The notes below the pieces were generated by a model. That model saw nothing but the letters and a program-made list of their open reading frames with translations. It had not been told where the DNA came from and did no database searches. The position numbers and the translations under genes were made by a program. A DNA stretch of 64,000 nt from an uncultured Porphyromonadaceae bacterium (GTDB taxonomy: Bacteria; Bacteroidota; Bacteroidia; Bacteroidales; UBA11471). How positions within the stretch are numbered: the first letter of the stretch is position 1; each line of letters begins with the position of its first letter. The DNA lies in the NCBI GenBank assembly GCA_900547555.1, contig URHG01000006.1, positions 7,640 through 71,639 of the forward strand, written 5' to 3'. Below are positions 38,484 to 45,837 of this stretch, piece by piece.

Positions 38484-39797
38484 ATGAAAGTATTAAAGTT
38501 TGGTGGAACATCTGTCGGCTCTGCGCAACGTATGAAGAGTGTTGCCGGGTTGATTTGCGACGGCAGTCAGAAGATTGTCGTTCTTTCGGCCATGTCGGGG
38601 ACAACCAATACCTTAGTAGAGATTTCGGATTATCTCTATAAGAAAAATCCCGATGGTGCCAACGAGGTCATTAATGCATTGGAACGTAAGTATCAACAAG
38701 TGATTTGCGAGCTGTTCGATACCGAGGCTTACAGACAACAAACCCTCGATGCCGTGAAGACCAATTTCGATACCATGCGCTCTTTCACCAAAGACCTTTT
38801 TACCATGTTCGAGGAAAAAGTTATCCTTGCACAAGGTGAACTGATGTCGACGACGATGATGAATCTCTACCTCAATGAGACGGGTATAAAATCGGTTTTG
38901 ATACCGGCTCTTGACTACATGCGCATCGATAAGAACGGAGAACCCGATACGGCATATATAAAAAGCAATTTGGAAAAACGGTTGGCCGATTGTCCCGACG
39001 CACCCATTTATATCACACAAGGATTTATTTGTCGTAATGCTTACGGTGAGATAGATAACTTGCAACGAGGCGGGAGCGACTATTCGGCATCTCTTATCGG
39101 GGCGGCTGTTCAGGCCGAGGAGATACAGATATGGACCGATATTGACGGCATGCATAATAATGATCCCCGTTTTGTAGAAGGTACGAAACCTGTACGTACG
39201 CTCAATTTCGAAGAAGCTGCCGAGTTGGCCTATTTCGGTGCTAAAATCCTGCACCCGACATGTATTCTTCCGGCAAAACTCAATCGTATTCCCGTGCGTT
39301 TGCTCAATACGATGGAGCCTGATGCTCCCGGTACGATGATCTGCGGAACGTCCGAATCGGGAAAAATCAAAGCTGTGGCAGCAAAAGACGGCATAACCGC
39401 GATTAAGATCAAATCGGGTCGCATGTTGTTGGCTTACGGTTTCTTGCGCAAGGTGTTTGAGATATTCGAAAGTTATCAGACGGCAATCGATATGGTAACC
39501 ACTTCGGAAGTCGGAGTATCGGTAACGATCGATAATACGAAACATTTGAGCGAGATTCTCGATGATTTGAAAAAATTCGGAACCGTAACTGTCGACGAGA
39601 ATATGGTAATTATCTGTGTCGTAGGTGATTTGGAATGGAAAAATATCGGTTTCGAATCGAATGCAATGCAGGCAATGAAAGACATACCTGTGCGTATGGT
39701 ATCTTACGGCGGTAGCAATTACAACATTTCGTTCTTGATAAAAGCCGAAGATAAACAACGAGCATTGCAAGCCCTTAGTCACAATCTTTTTGAATAA
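38484..39797 (+). CDS. lysC: aspartate kinase
   Basis: 437 aa. MKVLKFGGTSVGS is followed by an amino-acid kinase fold and C-terminal tandem ACT domains. Confidence 0.93.
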   Translation: MKVLKFGGTSVGSAQRMKSVAGLICDGSQKIVVLSAMSGTTNTLVEISDYLYKKNPDGANEVINALERKYQQVICELFDTEAYRQQTLDAVKTNFDTMRSFTKDLFTMFEEKVILAQGELMSTTMMNLYLNETGIKSVLIPALDYMRIDKNGEPDTAYIKSNLEKRLADCPDAPIYITQGFICRNAYGEIDNLQRGGSDYSASLIGAAVQAEEIQIWTDIDGMHNNDPRFVEGTKPVRTLNFEEAAELAYFGAKILHPTCILPAKLNRIPVRLLNTMEPDAPGTMICGTSESGKIKAVAAKDGITAIKIKSGRMLLAYGFLRKVFEIFESYQTAIDMVTTSEVGVSVTIDNTKHLSEILDDLKKFGTVTVDENMVIICVVGDLEWKNIGFESNAMQAMKDIPVRMVSYGGSNYNISFLIKAEDKQRALQALSHNLFE

Positions 39798-39811
39798 TAG
39801 TTTAAATTATG

Positions 39812-39844
39812 GGAGGCGGGTTAGTAATTAGTCCGCCTCTTTTG
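39812..39844 (+). terminator. hairpin plus T tract between lysC and lysA
   Basis: gaggcgg-13 nt-ccgcctc followed by ttttg. It lies inside the non-coding N-terminal extension of track ORF 39809..41017. Confidence 0.55.
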
Positions 39845-39862
39845 TCTATAAAAATTATTTTT

Positions 39863-41017
39863 ATGAATTTTCCGATAGAAAAATTCAAGTTTTTAGAAAC
39901 TCCTTTTTATTATTACGATACCGACTTGTTGCGGGAAACGCTGCGAGAGATAAATCGGGAAGCGGGTCGTTATCCCCAGTTTCATGTACATTACGCAGTC
40001 AAAGCGAATGCCAATGCACGACTTTTGTCTATAATACGAGAGCACGGATTGGGTGCGGATTGTGTCAGCGGCGGTGAAATAAAAGCTGCTTTGAAAGCAG
40101 GTTTCCCGGCAGAACAAATCGTCTTTGCCGGTGTAGGGAAGGCCGATTGGGAGATAAAACTGGGACTCGAAGCAGGAATATGTTGCTTCAATGTCGAGTC
40201 TGTTCCCGAATTGGAGAATATTGATAAATTGGCCGGAGAGATGGGACGAACAGCCTCGGTGGCTTTACGTATCAATCCGAATGTCGATGCACACACCCAT
40301 CATTATATAACGACCGGATTGAGCGAGAATAAGTTTGGTATCAGTCTCGAACATCTTGAAGGGATTCTTGACTATATACCTTCGCTTCAACATGTAAAAC
40401 TTATGGGGTTGCATTTTCATATCGGCTCTCAAATCGTCGATATGGATTCGTTTAAGGTACTTTGTAACCGCATCAATGAAATACAGGAGACATTGTATCG
40501 GCGCATGATAATTGTCGATGTCATTAACGTCGGCGGCGGATTGGGAGTCGACTACCAGATGCCTGATAAACAGCCCATACCAGACTTTGCGGAATATTTT
40601 GCCGTATTTCATAAACATCTTAAACTTCGACCGAAACAACATTTGTTTTTTGAATTGGGGCGTTCTGTCGTGTGTCAATGCGGGAGTCTTATTACCGAGG
40701 TCCTTTATGTAAAGGAAGGTGTAAATAAGAAATTTGTCATTGTCGATGCCGGTATGACCGATCTTATCCGACCGGCGTTGTATCAGGCTTATCATTGCAT
40801 CGAAAATATAACTTCGCATTTACCCGTTCAAGAGTACGATGTCGTAGGACCGATTTGTGAATCGTCCGATTGTTTCGGAAAAGTCGTTTCCTTACCCGAA
40901 ACCTCCCGAGGAGACCTGATTGCGGTACGCTCGGCCGGTGCTTATGGTGAAATTATGGCCTCCCAGTATAACTGCCGCCGGTTGCCCGGTGCATATTATT
41001 CCGATGAATTGAATTAA
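39863..41017 (+). CDS. lysA: diaminopimelate decarboxylase
   Basis: ATG 39863 (MNFPIEKFKFLETPFYYYD). PLP lysine in HYAVKAN, plus GGGLGVDY and CESSD. Confidence 0.93.
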   Translation: MNFPIEKFKFLETPFYYYDTDLLRETLREINREAGRYPQFHVHYAVKANANARLLSIIREHGLGADCVSGGEIKAALKAGFPAEQIVFAGVGKADWEIKLGLEAGICCFNVESVPELENIDKLAGEMGRTASVALRINPNVDAHTHHYITTGLSENKFGISLEHLEGILDYIPSLQHVKLMGLHFHIGSQIVDMDSFKVLCNRINEIQETLYRRMIIVDVINVGGGLGVDYQMPDKQPIPDFAEYFAVFHKHLKLRPKQHLFFELGRSVVCQCGSLITEVLYVKEGVNKKFVIVDAGMTDLIRPALYQAYHCIENITSHLPVQEYDVVGPICESSDCFGKVVSLPETSRGDLIAVRSAGAYGEIMASQYNCRRLPGAYYSDELN

Positions 41018-41027
41018 AAATGTATCT

Positions 41028-41867
41028 ATGATAAAGAAGATATTTGTTATATGTTTGATGGCGATGGGTTTCCTGTCGCACGTTATGGCACAAGAAAATA
41101 TTTTTGTGTTGAAAGACGGTTATGTCTATCCTAAGAAAAAGTTCATCGACTCTTTGGCTGTGGCCGATAAAAACCTTGTAAAGCCGTATGAAACGTTTGC
41201 GACATCGACGGCAAGCATTCGCAGCGGTCGAGATAAGAATTATCAGGTGCGGTTGTCGAAGTTTAAAGGGGGCAATTATCCCGGAGACTTTCAGGCTATA
41301 CAGATTTTTTTAGGTAATAAGTGTCTGCTCGAAGTTACGAATGCCGACGGTTGGACTTCCCTGCCCCCGAATGTTCCTTCGACCAACAGTTATTATTTTG
41401 CCGTAAACGTTTCGGCTTATTCTACGGCATTATTTTTCTTTTCCCAACCGAAAGATAATTATCCACCCTATTTGACGATTATTTTGATAAAAACAGGAAA
41501 AGCACATTTGGTGTTCAATCGTCCCTGTGTGTTGCAGTCTATATCCAAAAATTCTTATTCGGTACGGCTCGAAATGAACGATCGTTATCCCGTATATGTG
41601 GCGCCTGCCGGTACGACGAGTGAGGTTACGGAAATGAATGATGAAAAAGAACCCGAGGTGCAGGTAGTAAAAGAGAAAGAAAAATCTAAGAAACGAAAAA
41701 AACGGCGTAAACGTTCTAAATCGGAAGTTCTGGTTGCACAGCCCGATACTGTGAAGAAAATCGAAGAACCGGCTCCGGTAGTGAAGAAAGAAGAGCCGAA
41801 ACCGGTACAACCGAAGCGCTATTTGATTTGGTCCGAAAACGATGTACTGAAAATTAAAGAGCAATAG
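41028..41867 (+). CDS. secreted hypothetical protein with K/E/P-rich tail
   Basis: 279 aa. Signal peptide MIKKIFVICLMAMGFLSHVMAQ. C-terminal EKEKSKKRKKRRKRSK...EEPAPVVKKEEPKPVQPK. Confidence 0.65.
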   Translation: MIKKIFVICLMAMGFLSHVMAQENIFVLKDGYVYPKKKFIDSLAVADKNLVKPYETFATSTASIRSGRDKNYQVRLSKFKGGNYPGDFQAIQIFLGNKCLLEVTNADGWTSLPPNVPSTNSYYFAVNVSAYSTALFFFSQPKDNYPPYLTIILIKTGKAHLVFNRPCVLQSISKNSYSVRLEMNDRYPVYVAPAGTTSEVTEMNDEKEPEVQVVKEKEKSKKRKKRRKRSKSEVLVAQPDTVKKIEEPAPVVKKEEPKPVQPKRYLIWSENDVLKIKEQ

Positions 41868-41889
41868 TTTCTTTGGTAATAGTTAGGTA

Positions 41890-41930
41890 AGGCGGTCTAT
41901 CCGAAATTTCGGATAGACCGCTTCGTTTAT
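41890..41930 (+). terminator. hairpin terminator
   Basis: aggcggtctatccg-aaattt-cggatagaccgctt followed by cgtttat. The T tract is weak. Confidence 0.55.
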
Positions 41931-42040
41931 ATCCTGTTTTATAGAATTTATATGACGGTACAATTTGCGGGCAAGTTTGGTGATGATTCTTTGTTTTTAA
42001 AATTTTGTTCGTATTTGTTATTGTAGCTACAATTAATTAT

Positions 42041-42048
42041 TATCTTTG
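42041..42048 (+). promoter_or_regulatory. candidate -7 element TATCTTTG
   Basis: 34 nt upstream of ATG 42082 and 56 nt upstream of the TTG at 42104. Confidence 0.4.
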
Positions 42049-42103
42049 CTGCTGTTTTGTTTAACTTTAATTTTTATATCTATGGAAATTATTTTTATGA
42101 TTA

Positions 42104-42685
42104 TTGCCGCATTGTCTTTTGTGGCTTTTGTTGTCGGTATGTTCGTCTCGTGGCAAAGTTGCTTTGATTTTTGTCAGTGTGTTTTTTGTCAGCGCGATTA
42201 TTGGTGGTTCTTTGTCGGAAGATAAAGAGGTTATCTCTGGAAACCCGCAAACACAAGAGTCCAAGACCCAATCCCAAGAAAAATCTGCTATTGGAACAGA
42301 GGTTCGTGTAGGGAATTTTGTTTATCGGGTTAGTGATTTTTCTTTTAGGAAAAGTGTAGGTAATGAGTTTGTGGGAGAAACAGCTAACGGGATTTATTTG
42401 TTAATTAGCCTTGACCTTATGAATGTGGACGATGAGCCTCACACTTTGGACGGTTCATTATTTTCCATAACGGATTTGGACGGAAGAAAATATGAATACT
42501 CGACAAATGGTTCCACTGCATTGGCAATGTCTGGTTATAAAACGTTGTTTTTGGAACAGTGCCAGCCGAATATCCAAATGAGTGGGATTCTTATTTTTGA
42601 AGTTTCTCGGAAAGATAAATATTACCTACATTTGGCAGGTGGATTTTGGAGTTCAAAATCTATACGGATATTGCTAAGTAAATGA
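42104..42685 (+). CDS. DUF4352-like membrane-anchored protein, start uncertain (possible frameshift)
   Basis: Track ORF begins at TTG 42104 and has no in-frame ATG near the 5-prime end. TM segment VALIFVSVFFVSAIIGG is followed by a beta-rich domain (VGNFVYRV...NGIYLLISLDLMNVDDEPHTLD...FSITDLDGRKYEY) resembling DUF4352. The first ATG after the promoter (42082) is in another frame. Confidence 0.6.
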   Translation: MPHCLLWLLLSVCSSRGKVALIFVSVFFVSAIIGGSLSEDKEVISGNPQTQESKTQSQEKSAIGTEVRVGNFVYRVSDFSFRKSVGNEFVGETANGIYLLISLDLMNVDDEPHTLDGSLFSITDLDGRKYEYSTNGSTALAMSGYKTLFLEQCQPNIQMSGILIFEVSRKDKYYLHLAGGFWSSKSIRILLSK

Positions 42686-42690
42686 TCATG

Positions 42691-42720
42691 TACGGGGCTG
42701 AGGCTCCGTATTTTCTTTAT
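42691..42720 (+). terminator. intrinsic terminator
   Basis: tacggggc-tgag-gctccgta (8 bp, one G-U) followed by ttttctttat. Confidence 0.65.
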
Positions 42721-42820
42721 TGGGATCGTCAATCAAGGGGTGAATATCCAAAAAGGTATACTTAAAGTTTAGAGAGATTTTTTTTATATCAAAAATCATG
42801 CAACACTTCTTATCCTTTTT

Positions 42821-42860
42821 GAAAAAAACACCCGCCCTGTAATTTGTAGCATGGCGGGTG
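42821..42860 (-). terminator. intrinsic terminator downstream of PL10 gene
   Basis: Minus strand reads CACCCGCC-16 nt-GGCGGGTG followed by TTTTTTTC. Confidence 0.65.
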
Positions 42861-42882
42861 CAGATATGATGTCGGATATACT

Positions 42883-43974
42883 TTACTGAATGGCTTTTTC
42901 CCATTCGGCATATTTTTCAAGAACTTCATTCCCTTCGTCGCTGTACCATGAATAGCCGCCTCTGCGTTCTACACCTATTTCGGCCAATGTCGCCCTTTTT
43001 ATTCCGTCACGGTCGCAGAAGAAAGGTTGTTCGGTTTCAAGATCATAAAAGCGGGCCCAAAGGGGTGTAGCCCCTTTCTGTGGTTCGATATAGGCAATCC
43101 ATTTTCCGTTTTTTCCCTTTTTTCGGATATAGGCGGTATCGGTGATTTTATGCTTTTCAAACCATTTTACAGCCCCTTTTACAGCTGCGATGACTTCGGG
43201 CGATGGATTTTCAACTTTCATCAGAAGCAATACGATATCGGCCGACTCATCTCCGCTATACGATGCCAATTCGTATGCCCGTGCATTTGCAGGAAGTAAG
43301 GTCTCGGGATCGTGTTGGGCGCACCACACGGTAAGTTCACCGTTTTTATTGCGTATTTGGGTATTGAGGATACATTGAATACCTTTTTTATATGCATCGA
43401 GGGCTTTTTGTTTTTGTTCCGGTGTAAAATCGAAAATGACGTAGGGTTTGTCATCATCGCTAATGGCGTAGAGCATTTTGAGTACGTTTACGATGGCACC
43501 GTCATTATAGGTTATGTCTCGGGAGTAGGCGACCGATTTCCCTTTGCGATAAGGATAGAATTGAGGCCAGCCTCCGTTGTCGTACTGCGATAGGTAGATG
43601 TAGTCGAGTGCCTTGAAAAAGGCATCTCTATAACGTTGCTCATGCGTTTGTGCGTACATGTTTGTAAGAAAGCGCATTTCGGTAGTCGTAGCATTATTGT
43701 CTATGGTTGTACCGATGCCGGTTTCTTTCTGTTTATCGATGACATCTTGCTGTATTTCCCTGTGGAATGCAATATTTTTGGGAAATCCGCCTAAGTCACT
43801 TTGGTACAATAGCAGCTTGTCTGCAATTTCTTTTGCTTCGGGGGTACCGTACCATTCCTGTGGCATTTTGGTTGCGATTTGTTTCCATGAAAGTTTCTGC
43901 AATTCTTGTATTGTCTGTCCCGCGACTGTGGAGAATAACATGCAGAAAAACACTCCGATAATCTCTTTTTTCAT
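42883..43974 (-). CDS. pectate lyase, PelA/Pel-15E (PL10-like)
   Basis: 363 aa with a signal peptide. ...LLLYQSDLGGFPKN...TIDNNATTTEMRFL...YDNGGWPQFYP matches the PL10 alpha/alpha-toroid family as I recall it. Confidence 0.75.
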   Translation of the reverse strand: MKKEIIGVFFCMLFSTVAGQTIQELQKLSWKQIATKMPQEWYGTPEAKEIADKLLLYQSDLGGFPKNIAFHREIQQDVIDKQKETGIGTTIDNNATTTEMRFLTNMYAQTHEQRYRDAFFKALDYIYLSQYDNGGWPQFYPYRKGKSVAYSRDITYNDGAIVNVLKMLYAISDDDKPYVIFDFTPEQKQKALDAYKKGIQCILNTQIRNKNGELTVWCAQHDPETLLPANARAYELASYSGDESADIVLLLMKVENPSPEVIAAVKGAVKWFEKHKITDTAYIRKKGKNGKWIAYIEPQKGATPLWARFYDLETEQPFFCDRDGIKRATLAEIGVERRGGYSWYSDEGNEVLEKYAEWEKAIQ

Positions 43975-44015
43975 AAGACAATATTTTAAGAAATGATGAT
44001 AATAGGTGGAAATAT

Positions 44016-45704
44016 TTATTTCTGTAATTTTTCTTTTAATGTATCATGGTTGTTCCGTAAGTCGGTCCAGTCGATTTTTCGGGTCGGATCGATGCCGTTG
44101 ATATATTTTTCGATGTTGGTATAACCGTCTCCGTTACAATCTTTTGCTGCATCGGTAGAGTCATTAGGGTCGAGACCGAAACGTTTTTCCCATTCGTCGG
44201 GCATTCCGTCGTTGTCGCTGTCGATATAGGGTGTCCCTTTATACTCGGGCAGGCCTCCGACTTGCTCGGGATGAGTGATAATGCCGTATTTGTAGGAGTC
44301 GTCGGGAAGTCTGCGTTTTACGTACGGAGTCGTGTAAGGTTTTGCTTTTTTATCATAGATGGCTTGCCCTGTCCGTACGGTACAAATGATGCGTGTGTCC
44401 ACCGAATCTCTTTTCGGTAGTGTCGCTCCGACATTTTCCATGACAAATTCGTAAGCATCTTGTGCCGAAAGGATCGGGTTGTGCATGGGCATTTCAAATG
44501 GAGTGTCTACTCGTATCTCGTTTTTGAATTTTCCGCAATCCTTCAATCCGTAGACTTGTACTCCGCCGTCCCAGTTATCGGCCGTAACTTTATCATTTCC
44601 CAACATTATGTTGCCGGAGACATACGCTTTTCCAAATGTATCGGGCTTGTTTTTATCCCGACTCGATTCCGGTTTTAAGATACGATGTTGAATGGGGCGA
44701 CCGGTTTGTAAGGCCGTGATAGGACCGGGTTTGAAATAGTTATTGATGATGTTGAATTGCGAATATTCGTCGCCGCCATCGATCGAGCGGTTCCACCAGT
44801 TATATATGACACTGTTCACCAGATTGAATCCTCCGTTCATACCTACCGAACAGTTTCTCGATATATTCGATGCAAACAGGTTACGTGCGAAATAGCAGTT
44901 ATGTCCGCCAATCGTAGCTCCGAAAGCATGATTATAGGTGTCGAGGGCTTCGGCAAACATGGAGTTTTGAATAGTGATGTTTACGGTTGGTAATTTTGTA
45001 CCCTTTCCCGTTTCGTCACGATTCCATACATGGCGGTATATCGACATGACCTCGTCGAGTCCCCATGATGCTGATATGTGGTCGAGAATAATATTTCCGA
45101 CAGCATTACCGCCCAAAGCATCATCACGGTCGGCAACATCGACGGCTCCCCGACGAAATCGCATGTGGCGGATAATCACATCGTGCGTGTCGATAAGGAA
45201 TGAGGCTCCCGTTACACACACACCATCTCCCGGTGCTGTTTGTCCGGCAATTGTGATATAAGGAGCTTTAATACTGATTGGCGATTTCAGTCGGATTACA
45301 CCGGCTACATTGAATACGATTATGCGGGCTCCTCCGGATTCGCATGCTTCTCTCAAAGTTCCCGGCCCCCGGTCTTCGAGCGACGTAACCGTGAAGACTT
45401 TTCCACCGCGACCTCCGGCGGTAAAAGCCCCGCCGCCTTCTGCCCCCGGAAATGCGGGTATTTGACATTGTGGTAAGTCTTCTGGCTTCGATGCCCACGG
45501 ACGATAGACGCGACCGTATTTTTTTTCTTCCTTCTTGACCGTTTTCAATGCCTTTTTCCATGCAGCAGCAGAGAGCTTGTCGTAGGTCGCATTTTCGCGC
45601 GCTGCACGTTGTTTTATCGAGTCGGGTACGGTAGGGTATTGTGCCCGGGTCGGACATATTGCTATCGGTAATAAAATACCTGCTAATAAGAGTAGTCGTT
45701 TCAT
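44016..45704 (-). CDS. pectate lyase (PL1-like parallel beta-helix) with C-terminal Asp-rich Ca-binding-type repeats
   Basis: 562 aa with a signal peptide. AFPGAEGGGAFTAGGRGGKVFTVTSLEDRGPGTLREA...ITIAGQTAPGDG...IIRHMRFRRG. C-terminus DSDNDGMPDEWE...DPNDSTD...DCNGDGYTN. Confidence 0.8.
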   Translation of the reverse strand: MKRLLLLAGILLPIAICPTRAQYPTVPDSIKQRAARENATYDKLSAAAWKKALKTVKKEEKKYGRVYRPWASKPEDLPQCQIPAFPGAEGGGAFTAGGRGGKVFTVTSLEDRGPGTLREACESGGARIIVFNVAGVIRLKSPISIKAPYITIAGQTAPGDGVCVTGASFLIDTHDVIIRHMRFRRGAVDVADRDDALGGNAVGNIILDHISASWGLDEVMSIYRHVWNRDETGKGTKLPTVNITIQNSMFAEALDTYNHAFGATIGGHNCYFARNLFASNISRNCSVGMNGGFNLVNSVIYNWWNRSIDGGDEYSQFNIINNYFKPGPITALQTGRPIQHRILKPESSRDKNKPDTFGKAYVSGNIMLGNDKVTADNWDGGVQVYGLKDCGKFKNEIRVDTPFEMPMHNPILSAQDAYEFVMENVGATLPKRDSVDTRIICTVRTGQAIYDKKAKPYTTPYVKRRLPDDSYKYGIITHPEQVGGLPEYKGTPYIDSDNDGMPDEWEKRFGLDPNDSTDAAKDCNGDGYTNIEKYINGIDPTRKIDWTDLRNNHDTLKEKLQK

Positions 45705-45837
45705 GGTTTTATGCCGAGATTTATCTGTTGATATTTGTTTTTGTTATTTTTATGTATAGGGCCTTTTTGAGGAAAAGCCGGTGTAATATCTGTTTCTTTT
45801 ATAGTACAACATTGTAAAAAATAGGTGGGATTCATCA

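Noticed and set aside
38613-39782. 389-aa minus-strand ORF inside lysC
   Set aside because: Shadow ORF antisense to aspartate kinase. No motifs.
39809-39862. N-terminal extension of lysA (MGGGLVISPPLLSIKIIF)
   Set aside because: This stretch is the lysC-lysA intergenic hairpin plus T tract. Conserved LysA sequence starts at ATG 39863.
42686-42904. 72-aa minus-strand ORF between DUF4352 and PL10 genes
   Set aside because: It spans two terminator hairpins, overlaps the PL10 3-prime end, and its translation has no features. Likely non-coding.
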